A DNA stretch of 64,000 bases, taken from assembly GCA_029262195.1 (NCBI GenBank), contig JAJCZX010000030.1, forward strand, positions 497,615-561,614, written 5' to 3'. Shown one piece after another: positions 9,946 to 18,623 of the stretch. The notes under the pieces were generated by a model, which saw only the letters and a list, made by a program, of their open reading frames with translations, was not told the origin of the DNA and made no database searches. A program made the translations under genes and the position numbers. Origin of the DNA: Gemmatimonadota bacterium. Its GTDB lineage: Bacteria; Gemmatimonadota; Gemmatimonadetes; Gemmatimonadales; GWC2-71-9. Position 1 is the first letter of the stretch. Each line of letters begins with the position of its first letter.

Positions 9946-11133
9946 ATGGCAATCGGAACTCCCTTTCACGAACGAACATCCGGGATTTGCAAGAGCAACG
10001 ATTGGCGTCGCTGGTCGGGTTATTTTGCCGCCACATCGTACGGAGATTTCGTGCAACCTGAATACGCAGCAATTCGCCATTCGGCGGCGCTGTTCGATGT
10101 CTCTCCCCTGTACAAGTACCATCTTGAGGGTCCAGACGCCACAGCAATGGCCAACAAGGTCTTCACGCAGGACTTACAACAGGTACCAGTACAGAAAGCG
10201 GTCTACACGCCGTGGTGCGATTCAAAGGGAAAAGTCCGTCAGGAGGGAACGGTTTTCAGGCTGGACGACAACCACTACCAGATCAATGCGGCTGAGCCTG
10301 CGTTGCGGTGGCTGGGGATAAACGCGGAGGGTTTCGACGTAACGCTATCAGACCGTTCGACTGAAACCGCCGCTCTGGCGTTGCAGGGGCCAAAGTCGCG
10401 GGACATCCTGGTTGAGTGCGGAGCCGACATCGCTAGCCTCGAATTTTTTGGGATTCGTGACACAACTGTTGGCAACATCCCAATAACGGTGAGCCGCACA
10501 GGCTATACGGGAGACCTCGGCTACGAGATTTGGCTCCGCGCCACCGACGCGCTGGAGTTCTGGGACAATCTGATGGAGGCCGGTGCAGCTCATCACATCA
10601 CACCCGGTGGGTTGATGGCCCTGGACATGGCCCGCATCGAAGCAGGGTTCATCTTGATAGGTGTCGACTACAAAAGTTCTGATTCCGCCCTGGTAGACGA
10701 CGACAAAGTGACGCCCTATGAGGTAGGACTCGGATGGAGCGTCAAGTTGTCCAAGGACAGCTTCGTCGGGCGAGAAGCTCTGACTCGAGAAAAAGCCAGC
10801 GGACCCACTCGAAAAACCGTCGGACTTGAAATAGATTGGCAGCCGATGGAAGACCTCTACCTTGCCGCCGACCAGATGCCTGACCTGCCCCTGACAACCT
10901 GCCGCGAGCCGGTACCTGTGTATGCTGCCGGCGGACCACAAATCGGTAGAGTGACCACAAGGATCTGGTCCGCTCTGTTAAAGAAATACATTGCGATTGC
11001 GATGATCGACGCGACATACGCGGATGTCGGAACACACGTCGATATGGAAGTGACGGTGCAATATGAGAGGAAACGCGCACCCGCCAGGGTCGTGAAGCCG
11101 CAGTTCTATAGACCGGCCAGGATGAGGGAATGA
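9946..11133 (+). CDS. Aminomethyltransferase (GcvT) family folate-binding protein
   Basis: 395 aa. TPFHERT...EYAAIRHSAALFDVSPLYKYHLEGPDA...ALQGPKSRDIL...VSRTGYTGDLGYEIW are GcvT/DmdA-family hallmarks. Confidence 0.85.
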   Translation: MAIGTPFHERTSGICKSNDWRRWSGYFAATSYGDFVQPEYAAIRHSAALFDVSPLYKYHLEGPDATAMANKVFTQDLQQVPVQKAVYTPWCDSKGKVRQEGTVFRLDDNHYQINAAEPALRWLGINAEGFDVTLSDRSTETAALALQGPKSRDILVECGADIASLEFFGIRDTTVGNIPITVSRTGYTGDLGYEIWLRATDALEFWDNLMEAGAAHHITPGGLMALDMARIEAGFILIGVDYKSSDSALVDDDKVTPYEVGLGWSVKLSKDSFVGREALTREKASGPTRKTVGLEIDWQPMEDLYLAADQMPDLPLTTCREPVPVYAAGGPQIGRVTTRIWSALLKKYIAIAMIDATYADVGTHVDMEVTVQYERKRAPARVVKPQFYRPARMRE

Positions 11134-11189
11134 GGGGAAGGCGGGAAGCGGGAAGCGGGAAGCGGGAAGCGGGAAGCGGGAAGCGGGAA
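11134..11189. repeat. Heptanucleotide microsatellite: GGGGAAG + (GCGGGAA)x7
   Basis: Counted directly. Seven perfect GCGGGAA units span 11141-11189, preceded by one degenerate in-phase unit. Lies between convergent stop codons at 11133 and 11208. Confidence 0.95.
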
Positions 11190-11207
11190 AATTTATTCCC
11201 TATTCAC

Positions 11208-13220
11208 TTACCCACTTTTTTCGACCTCAACCCTGGCGTCATTAAAACACGCTCCTCCACCAACAACGTTGATGGTGTCGGGACACAGTGCGTTCGACGT
11301 TTTGCCGTTGCCCGACGATTTTCGCCACGCGCCTTTGGGGATCACCACCGTACCCACTCTCACATTTGCATTTATCAGCACCCGGCATTGGACTTCACCC
11401 AGGTTGTTGAACACCCTCACCGGGTCTCTGTCAGCCAGCCCCCTCGAATCGGCATCTTCTTTGTTCATGCTGATGCGCAGCTCTTTATAGGCATACTCTC
11501 CAAATGTCGACGACGTCATTCCGGCAACGGCTGGACTGATCAAGGCCAGCGGATGGTCTTCATCAACCAGTTCGATAAACTCGTAGGGTGAGTCGCCCAG
11601 GCTGGCCGGACACAAATCAATGAGACCGTCTTCAGTCCCGGGAAAGACTGTTTCGAATTGGATTGGTCTGCCCCCAGAAAACTCGTGAAACAGCGGTTCT
11701 CCGGTCTCCAGTTGCTCCGACGTCAGGGTTTGCTCGTTCATCTCAAGCCCGTCGGCGATCGCGCCCAGCCACTCTTGATTAGTCCAGGTGAAGGGTGCAT
11801 CATCCCAACCCATTGCCTGACCCAATTCACGGAAAACTTCGGGATTCGACCTGGACTCTGAAACCGGGTCTATAACGGGTACGACTCCTCCAACTACATA
11901 CGCACCATAACTTCGCCGCACATCGGACTCTTCAAAGAAGGTGGTGGCGGGAAGCACGATGTCGGCGTACGCCACAGTGTCGGTCATGACTTCTTCAAAG
12001 ACAACAGTAAAAAGATCTTCCCTCTCCAAACCCTTGATGACACGATTCTGGTCCGGCATGGTAGCAACGGGGTTACAGTTGTAGACGAAAACGCCTTTCA
12101 ACGGCGGGTCGTTCAATTCAGTGAGCAATCGACCCAGTTGAGACATATTCAATTCGCGTGTGTTCCACTCCACTCCGTTGTTCAACGCAGTTTTGTCAAA
12201 AGAGGTCGCGCCGCTATTTGAACCGGTGTAGCCTCCGCCGACTACACCGAATTTTCCCAACAACGCGGGGATAGCTAGAACGGCCGCGTAGGCCTGTCCC
12301 CCGTTGCGGTTGCGTTCAATGCCCCAACCAGCCCTGATCAAAGAGGGGTTGGCGTTGGCAATCCTGTCGGCGAGTGTCTCAATCACTTCTACGCTGATAC
12401 CCGTTTCGCCCGACGCGCTGGCGAGGTCCCAATTCCTGGCAGCGTCCAAAATCGGGTCCAGCCCTTTCGCGTGCCTGGCGAGAAACTCCTGGGCGAGCAG
12501 GTCTTTTTCTGCCCACTGATGGATAATGGCGAGCACCAACGGGAGGTCAGTACCCGGGCGGACGGGAACGTGTAGATCAATTTCGCCTTCAGAGAAATTG
12601 TTCACCGGATCTACAACTGCCACGAAGGCGCCTCTCTTCCGAGCTTCCTTCAAGACTGGAACGAGATGAATATTCGATGCTTTCGGGTTGGCGCCCCAGA
12701 TCACGATACACTCGGCGTGGACGAAATCTTCGAATGCCACACCTGGCATCTTGCCATACATAGATGACGCCACGGTCGACGATGGTGCCGCGCAAACCGT
12801 TTTCTGAAGACGCGAGGCTCCCAGTCGCGCAAAGTATTGGTCGTCAAGAAAACCGTCGGTCAAAAACCCGTTAGAGCCGCCATAGTTAAACGGCACGATC
12901 GCCTCTCCACCGAATTCGGACACAATTTCAGAAAAACGACGAGTGATCGTTTCTACAGCCTCGTCCCACGAGATTGGTTCGAATTCACCCGAACCTTTGG
13001 GACCAACTCTTCGTTTCGGCGTTCCGACTCTGTCGGGGCCGTAAACCCGCCGACTGAAATTGCGGACTTTTCCACAGACGAACCCTGAGGTGAACTCGCT
13101 GTGCCCGGAAGCCGCGACAGTGGTCGCTTTCCCGTTTTCGACCGTCACTTCCAGCGTGCAGGTGTCCGGACAATCCATGGGACAGGTTGTCAGCCGTGTT
13201 GAGGTTTCACCTTGGGGCAT
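11208..13220 (-). CDS. Molybdopterin (bis-MGD) oxidoreductase family protein, cytoplasmic type
   Basis: 670 aa. N-terminal Fe-S Cys cluster TCPMDCPDTC...C, a long molybdopterin-binding body, and a C-terminal beta-barrel-like domain (VRVFNNLGEVQCRVLINANVRVGTVVIPKG). No twin-arginine signal. Confidence 0.85.
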   Translation of the reverse strand: MPQGETSTRLTTCPMDCPDTCTLEVTVENGKATTVAASGHSEFTSGFVCGKVRNFSRRVYGPDRVGTPKRRVGPKGSGEFEPISWDEAVETITRRFSEIVSEFGGEAIVPFNYGGSNGFLTDGFLDDQYFARLGASRLQKTVCAAPSSTVASSMYGKMPGVAFEDFVHAECIVIWGANPKASNIHLVPVLKEARKRGAFVAVVDPVNNFSEGEIDLHVPVRPGTDLPLVLAIIHQWAEKDLLAQEFLARHAKGLDPILDAARNWDLASASGETGISVEVIETLADRIANANPSLIRAGWGIERNRNGGQAYAAVLAIPALLGKFGVVGGGYTGSNSGATSFDKTALNNGVEWNTRELNMSQLGRLLTELNDPPLKGVFVYNCNPVATMPDQNRVIKGLEREDLFTVVFEEVMTDTVAYADIVLPATTFFEESDVRRSYGAYVVGGVVPVIDPVSESRSNPEVFRELGQAMGWDDAPFTWTNQEWLGAIADGLEMNEQTLTSEQLETGEPLFHEFSGGRPIQFETVFPGTEDGLIDLCPASLGDSPYEFIELVDEDHPLALISPAVAGMTSSTFGEYAYKELRISMNKEDADSRGLADRDPVRVFNNLGEVQCRVLINANVRVGTVVIPKGAWRKSSGNGKTSNALCPDTINVVGGGACFNDARVEVEKSG

Positions 13221-13364
13221 CTTATCTCGCCGATTTTGTCTTTAGAACAATAAACCGGAAGAGGGAAAATCAAACACACGACATTGCAGTACAACAAAAC
13301 GCAAACATTTGACATTGAGTAGAATCGGAGACGATCCAGTGTCTCTCTTCCTCCAACTACCCAA

Positions 13365-14990
13365 TTATCCTGCAGGTATATTGGCGCCATGACAGGCGGT
13401 GCACATAGCGGAGTTACTTCTCCTCAAACGATCGGCGTCGAAGCCGGGACCGTGGGGACTGAACCGCCGCCCCGCCTGGGCAGAGTGACATGACATGCAG
13501 TCCTGTTCTGAGTGACAAGAAACACACGATTCAAGACTTTGCCGCGCCGCGCGACCGTGGCTCACCGAAAAAGCTCTACTTGCATCGTGAAACCCTGAGC
13601 TGAGGGTGCGGCGACCGGAAAGACCTGCATCTACGTGGCAGTCGGTACAGAAAGCCCGGGTGTTGTGGCAGGACTCGCAGGAAACTTCGCGGGCATATGC
13701 TGCAGCGGGATGCCTCGTTATGTAGTCGGCCGTGTGATAGTTGGCAGAAGAGGCTCCGGTTGGAAGGTGACACGAGAGACAGTCCTCCCGCACATGACAA
13801 CTGGCGCAATTCCCTGGATCCGCAATCGCGTCAATCCCGTGCCTTTCTCCAAAATCATTTCCATGAGATACTGGCGGCAGATTCCCCAACCCCTCACTGA
13901 GAAACTCCGTGAGCACCGCTTGTTGCGCTTCGCTGACAGCTCTTAGATTCTGGGCCGAGCCAATAGTAACCCTGTGGCAATCGAGACAATCTTCCCGAAC
14001 GTGGCAGCCAGAACAATTGGCCGGGTCGTCCCCCGCCCTATCTCCGTGGAAATCAGCGACGTTCTCACCATGCCATTCCGGCGTGCTACGCTCAACCGAC
14101 ACACCGATTCCGCGGCCAACCCCCGAGACAGGCAGGCGAGCTACTTCGGTCGGAACGTTCACGTGGCAGGCCAGACAACTTTCCTGGGTGTGACAGGTCG
14201 CGCAGGAGGAAATATCGTTAATAGAGCTCTCACCATGCAGTTCAAGAAACTCTGTCGAATCGTGGTCCGATGGTGCCCGTTCAATTTCCGCCGCAAACAC
14301 AAGTGACCGCGAATCCATCTCCAGGGATTGAATAGCTTCCTGTTCCGGCGCATCGACATGGCATTGGACGCAGTAGTCACGGGCATGACAGGTGGCACAG
14401 CTGGCGGCAATCGTCCCACCTTGATCAGCAAGCTCACCATGTAGTCCGCCGAGAAATTCGGGTTTATCGTGAGAACTCGGTGTCTGAAACTCCGATATAT
14501 CGGATTCCAGGAGACGATCTGCCCTCGACAGGGGCAGGTGGCACACGGAACAGGTTGTGTCAGGTGCTTCAAAATGCTGGGTACTGATTTCGTGACAATC
14601 GAGACAGCGTTGAACATCCGAAAACTTGATGGCCAACCAATCGCCCCCCGACTCGGAATGGCACTGCACACACCTCGTACTCCCTTCGCCCTCAACGGCC
14701 GTTTCAACTTCGGCATGGCGAAAATGATCAAACGCCAGATTCGTTCGGTGAGACTCAGTGGGCGGCTGCCACTCTACCGTTTCTTCGATTTCACCGTCAT
14801 GACAATTTTCGCACGACTCCGGCCTCGGCCAAACGGACCGTTCGGGTTCAACGATTCCAGCGTGACAACTCAGACAACTCGGAAAGAGCCCGCGATGAGC
14901 CTCGTGATCCCAGTGATCCCGCAGACCCAATTCGACGGCACCGTAACCGCTTACCATAATGGCAATCGCAGAGAAGAGCAGCGACCTCAC
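13365..14990 (-). CDS. Multihaem c-type cytochrome, 18 CxxCH motifs (doubled-CXXCH type)
   Basis: 541 aa. I count 18 CxxCH motifs. Many are paired, e.g. CATCHARDYCVQCH, CSGCHVREDCLDCH, CASCHVREDCLSCH, CVSCHSEQDCMSCH. Hydrophobic N-terminus. The ATG overlaps the upstream stop (ATGA, 14987-14990). Confidence 0.9.
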   Translation of the reverse strand: MRSLLFSAIAIMVSGYGAVELGLRDHWDHEAHRGLFPSCLSCHAGIVEPERSVWPRPESCENCHDGEIEETVEWQPPTESHRTNLAFDHFRHAEVETAVEGEGSTRCVQCHSESGGDWLAIKFSDVQRCLDCHEISTQHFEAPDTTCSVCHLPLSRADRLLESDISEFQTPSSHDKPEFLGGLHGELADQGGTIAASCATCHARDYCVQCHVDAPEQEAIQSLEMDSRSLVFAAEIERAPSDHDSTEFLELHGESSINDISSCATCHTQESCLACHVNVPTEVARLPVSGVGRGIGVSVERSTPEWHGENVADFHGDRAGDDPANCSGCHVREDCLDCHRVTIGSAQNLRAVSEAQQAVLTEFLSEGLGNLPPVSHGNDFGERHGIDAIADPGNCASCHVREDCLSCHLPTGASSANYHTADYITRHPAAAYAREVSCESCHNTRAFCTDCHVDAGLSGRRTLSSGFHDASRAFSVSHGRAARQSLESCVSCHSEQDCMSCHSAQAGRRFSPHGPGFDADRLRRSNSAMCTACHGANIPAG

Positions 14991-16489
14991 AAACCGCCTC
15001 CTCTCACCGGGACCTGCAAAATCGCCGGGTGGAGACCGCGCTCGTCAATGCCACTGCCAAAAAACAATCTGAGCCCCGCATCTACCCGCCACTGGTTCCA
15101 ATCGAATTCTCCCGCATCAGGCCGACGGCGCGTTTCGCTATATCTCCCGGCTGAAATGTCCAGCACGGCTCCACTTGGCAATTCAAAATCCGCTTTCAAA
15201 CTATAGAACCACACCTTGGCGTCCCCGAACCGAAACTCCAACGGTCGGCTGAGCACACCTCCAGCTCCCGTTACGGAAAAGCCCTGCCCGTTTCGGAGCT
15301 CGACGGCCCCGTTAAGCCCCTGCGATGAAGCACCAGGACCAAACTCCGCATGGTAGTCGAGGGACACAGTCGTTATTGCGGTGGTATTCACTCTTCCTCC
15401 CACACCAACTCGCCACCCGTCCTCTTCGAAATCTGAGAGCGGAGTATCAGCTTCGTCGTCTGCGAACTCATAAATTTCAGCGCGTCCGTGAATCTCAAGG
15501 TCTCCCAGCGGCCGCACAGAAATTGAAGCGTTGGCAGCATGGTACGGCACAGGACTGAACGCGCCCCAGATAGTCCAAAGATCGAAATGCGGCCGGTAGC
15601 GAATCAAACCCAGGCTCCCCGATAAACTCCGGGTTGCAACAGATGCCGTCATCTCACCGCTCCCAAACCAACCGGCAGCTATGTCGTAATCACCACCTCC
15701 CCGGACAATCAGTTGCGGCAAAACATTGAAACTCCCCGAGAAACCGACGCGCTCGGAGATCAACTGATCCGTTCCCCGATCTACCTCTCGTTCGTACATC
15801 ATCCGCAACTTCGCCGGTCCGTCGACTAACCCAAGGGAGCCTCCGGCCACGAGGTGTCTTTTGCGAGGTTGGAATTCATCGAGTGGACTCACGGCAGAAT
15901 TGTTGATCGGGACGGCAATGCCCCGGGCCAGACCCAGGCCCGCGTACACGTCGAGATCGACCACATCCCCCAGAGTCTTCTTGTTCAGGCGCGCGCCGTC
16001 AAAACCGGTAAAGCCAAATCGGGTGGTGACGTGAGTCCGTCCGAGCTGCAAATTCAAACCGGGCTTGGTGTAGTCAAAGAAGCCCGAAAGCATTTGCAGG
16101 TTCGGGTTGGAACCATTGAATACCCTGGCGTCGCTCAGGTCTACGCCGAAACGTTGCTTCGTCCGGAAACTTACCCCGGGCACTCCAATCCCCCATATGG
16201 CGACATCGGCCGTCGTGATCAACGGTTGCGAACGAAGGTTATTTCCCGGCCTGTAGTATGTGCAGAACACTTGCCCGGAACGACATCTTACCGCAAACCC
16301 ATCCGGCGTCAGGAGTCCACCCACCTGTCCAGCGACAACGTCCGTGGCGACGATGCTGTCGAATTCCACTCCGCGATATGTCGCTGATCTGACGCGCGAA
16401 TCAAGTCGGACCCGGTATCCCTGTCCACACAAAATTCCAGGCCACCCGACGGTCCACGCGAATAACATGACGACGTGAAACGTTTTCAT
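14987..16489 (-). CDS. Putative outer-membrane beta-barrel protein (porin-like partner of the multihaem cytochromes)
   Basis: ORF 14987..16582. I start at ATG 16489 (MKTFHVVMLFAWTVGWPGILCGQG signal peptide), which forms an ATGA overlap with the upstream stop. About 500 aa, rich in alternating amphipathic strands (YRVRLDSRVRSATYRGVEF, KVWFYSLKADFEL, WRVDAGLRLFF). No cysteine or haem motifs. Confidence 0.55.
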   Translation of the reverse strand: MKTFHVVMLFAWTVGWPGILCGQGYRVRLDSRVRSATYRGVEFDSIVATDVVAGQVGGLLTPDGFAVRCRSGQVFCTYYRPGNNLRSQPLITTADVAIWGIGVPGVSFRTKQRFGVDLSDARVFNGSNPNLQMLSGFFDYTKPGLNLQLGRTHVTTRFGFTGFDGARLNKKTLGDVVDLDVYAGLGLARGIAVPINNSAVSPLDEFQPRKRHLVAGGSLGLVDGPAKLRMMYEREVDRGTDQLISERVGFSGSFNVLPQLIVRGGGDYDIAAGWFGSGEMTASVATRSLSGSLGLIRYRPHFDLWTIWGAFSPVPYHAANASISVRPLGDLEIHGRAEIYEFADDEADTPLSDFEEDGWRVGVGGRVNTTAITTVSLDYHAEFGPGASSQGLNGAVELRNGQGFSVTGAGGVLSRPLEFRFGDAKVWFYSLKADFELPSGAVLDISAGRYSETRRRPDAGEFDWNQWRVDAGLRLFFGSGIDERGLHPAILQVPVRGGGL

Positions 16490-17352
16490 GGCGTGGCTCC
16501 ACCGAAGAGCAAAGCCCAAAGAATGAGTCCAATCAACAGCAGACCCACAGATAACCCCAGTAAACCCAACGATACGGACCACAGGTACGCGGCACGCGCC
16601 GGGGGATTGGTAATTTTTCCTTCGAGAGTACCGTCCTTGAGCATCCTCTCGTACTGCAGCGGATGTTCTTCCTTCAGATAGTCCATTGTGGCACGGCCAG
16701 TAAACATCACCACGTCGATTGGAAATTTTTCCGGACGCAGGTTGGCGTTGAAAAAGTGTATGGTAAAAATCACGCCAGCCGCCAACAACGCCTCAATTCC
16801 ATGGACGATAGAGGCAACATTGAAAATCCACCCGGGGAAAACCCTGGCAAACAACTCGGGAAACCATAGCAGCAAACCCGATCCCCCGATTATCGCGACT
16901 CCCCAAAATTCGCCCCAATAATCAAGCTTATCCATGTAGGAAAAACGGTCAAACTGCGGCTTCGGCGCTTTACCCACAAACCATTTAAACGTTTGCAACA
17001 GATCCCGCACGTCATTTGGCTGGGCGACCATGGAGTCCGGGCCCCAAAAAAAACTCTTCCGGTTTTCGCTTTTGGCTATTCGATACCCGAGATTGCCGAT
17101 GTGGATGAAGAAATACAAGAAAGTGATCACCCCGCACACTCTGTGAATCAAACCGGCCGACGCAGACCCGCCCACCAAACGAATCATCCTGGAAGCCCAC
17201 TCCGTCTGCGAGAAAAGAAGAGGGGTACCCGTTACCACCAGACCAAAAAAAGATATGATCACCATGATGTGCAGAGCACGCTCTATAGGAGAGAATCGCA
17301 GAACATACGGCCCCGCTCCGCGATCTGATGAGGCGACCGCTTCCCTAAACAT
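16486..17352 (-). CDS. FdnI/HydC-type (Ni_hydr_CYTB-like) membrane cytochrome b
   Basis: ORF 16486..17388. ATG 17352 gives an 8-nt overlap with the upstream gene. Four to five TM helices with conserved His (ERALHIMVI, GLIHRVCGVITFLYFFIH, ASIVHGIEALLAAGVIFTIHFF), as in dihaem b subunits of formate dehydrogenase and hydrogenase. Confidence 0.7.
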   Translation of the reverse strand: MFREAVASSDRGAGPYVLRFSPIERALHIMVIISFFGLVVTGTPLLFSQTEWASRMIRLVGGSASAGLIHRVCGVITFLYFFIHIGNLGYRIAKSENRKSFFWGPDSMVAQPNDVRDLLQTFKWFVGKAPKPQFDRFSYMDKLDYWGEFWGVAIIGGSGLLLWFPELFARVFPGWIFNVASIVHGIEALLAAGVIFTIHFFNANLRPEKFPIDVVMFTGRATMDYLKEEHPLQYERMLKDGTLEGKITNPPARAAYLWSVSLGLLGLSVGLLLIGLILWALLFGGATP

Positions 17353-18613
17353 TTTCTTCGAGCCTCGCTTTTGATCGCGTTGCCTCAATCAAGGAGCGGG
17401 TGAGCCAAAGTATCGAGTGAATGGCAAAAAAGGACCATACGCTTACCAGAAGCGTCGTCATCAGAGCCCAGGGCCAGAATAACACAGGGTACCGCTCGCG
17501 GTCCCGCATATCCCCGTGAGCGAGATATTTGACGAAATTTGCATTAGCCGCTTCGTGGCACCTGGCGCAGGTCTCAACAAGAGCCAGGGGCGAAACGGAT
17601 GACTCAGGGTTCGACGCAGGAAAGACCTGATGGGCCGTGTGACAGTCGCTGCACTTAGCGGTCAATCCGAATCCAAGTCCCGTCACCTGACCGTGGTACG
17701 TGTCAAAGTAGGTCTCATACACTCGTTCATGACAACCGCCGCAGGTTTCGGCAAGTCCAACAAACCATCGAGGTTCGTCTGATCGGACTATGGAATGGGC
17801 CGTGTGGCAGTCCGTGCAATCCGGGAGATCAGCTGCGTCCGTTACTCCTGCGGTGTCAACATGCATTGGAGAACGATGAACGTCGGCCGGGATATCATGG
17901 CACTCCCCACAGGTCTCCGTGATATGGGTCCTGTTGACCGTCGATGCTGGGGAGTCGGCGGGAAGGACGAAATGGGCTCCGTGACAATCGTTGCACGTGG
18001 CTGAAACGACCAGTCCGGCCTGCTCGACCGCTACGCCGTGGACCGTTTCGTGATACTGCTCGGCAGCCGTCCGGGCAAGCTCTTGCTCCGGCCCCACGAA
18101 ATAGGTTGCAAGAATCTCGGGGTCTGTGTGGCAACTGCCGCACAGCACCGCAACGTTGAGAGCGTTGGTTGGCGACGCGGGGTCAGCAGATGACAACACG
18201 TTGTGGGCAGTGTGGCAGCTAACGCATCCTGGTGTTGCCATCCCGTCGCCCAAGTGCACAGAGCCAGACCATTCAAACCCCTCGACTTCATGGCAAGACA
18301 CACAATTCACCGGCTCGACTTCCTCAACGTGGGGATAGCCCTCTGCCTCAGACTCATGACAATCGGCGCAGTCCAGATCGGAATGGCTGGTTCCCACCAG
18401 CACGGATTTCGGCACCATGAACGAATGCTCTCTCGTACCAGGGATATTCGCTACAAACTCTGCATCGCCGTGGCACTTTTCGCAGCTCACCTCGGGATCC
18501 TGCGCGTAAGATTTAGCCGGTTGTAGCAGCACCATCAAAAGAGCCGTGGCGCACAAACCCGAGAACCGACCGATTGAGTCGAAAAGCGGGCTGGAAAGGC
18601 GGTGGGCGCGCAT
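17345..18613 (-). CDS. Multihaem c-type cytochrome, 11 CxxCH motifs, C-terminal membrane anchor
   Basis: 422 aa. Signal peptide (ALLMVLLQPAKSYAQ), 11 CxxCH motifs counted, and a C-terminal TM helix (VLFWPWALMTTLLVSVWSFFAIHSILWL). Confidence 0.9.
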   Translation of the reverse strand: MRAHRLSSPLFDSIGRFSGLCATALLMVLLQPAKSYAQDPEVSCEKCHGDAEFVANIPGTREHSFMVPKSVLVGTSHSDLDCADCHESEAEGYPHVEEVEPVNCVSCHEVEGFEWSGSVHLGDGMATPGCVSCHTAHNVLSSADPASPTNALNVAVLCGSCHTDPEILATYFVGPEQELARTAAEQYHETVHGVAVEQAGLVVSATCNDCHGAHFVLPADSPASTVNRTHITETCGECHDIPADVHRSPMHVDTAGVTDAADLPDCTDCHTAHSIVRSDEPRWFVGLAETCGGCHERVYETYFDTYHGQVTGLGFGLTAKCSDCHTAHQVFPASNPESSVSPLALVETCARCHEAANANFVKYLAHGDMRDRERYPVLFWPWALMTTLLVSVWSFFAIHSILWLTRSLIEATRSKARLEENV

Positions 18614-18623
18614 CCAATCACCT

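Noticed and set aside
11130-11591. 153-aa plus-strand ORF beginning MRGRREAGSGKREAGSGKRE
   Set aside because: Its N-terminus is a translation of the (GCGGGAA)7 microsatellite. The rest is antisense to the 3' end of the molybdopterin oxidoreductase gene.
13221-13364. Checked the spacer upstream of the Mo-oxidoreductase gene for a Moco riboswitch or clear promoter
   Set aside because: I could recognise no Moco-motif-like conserved segments and no convincing -35/-10 pair. Left unannotated.
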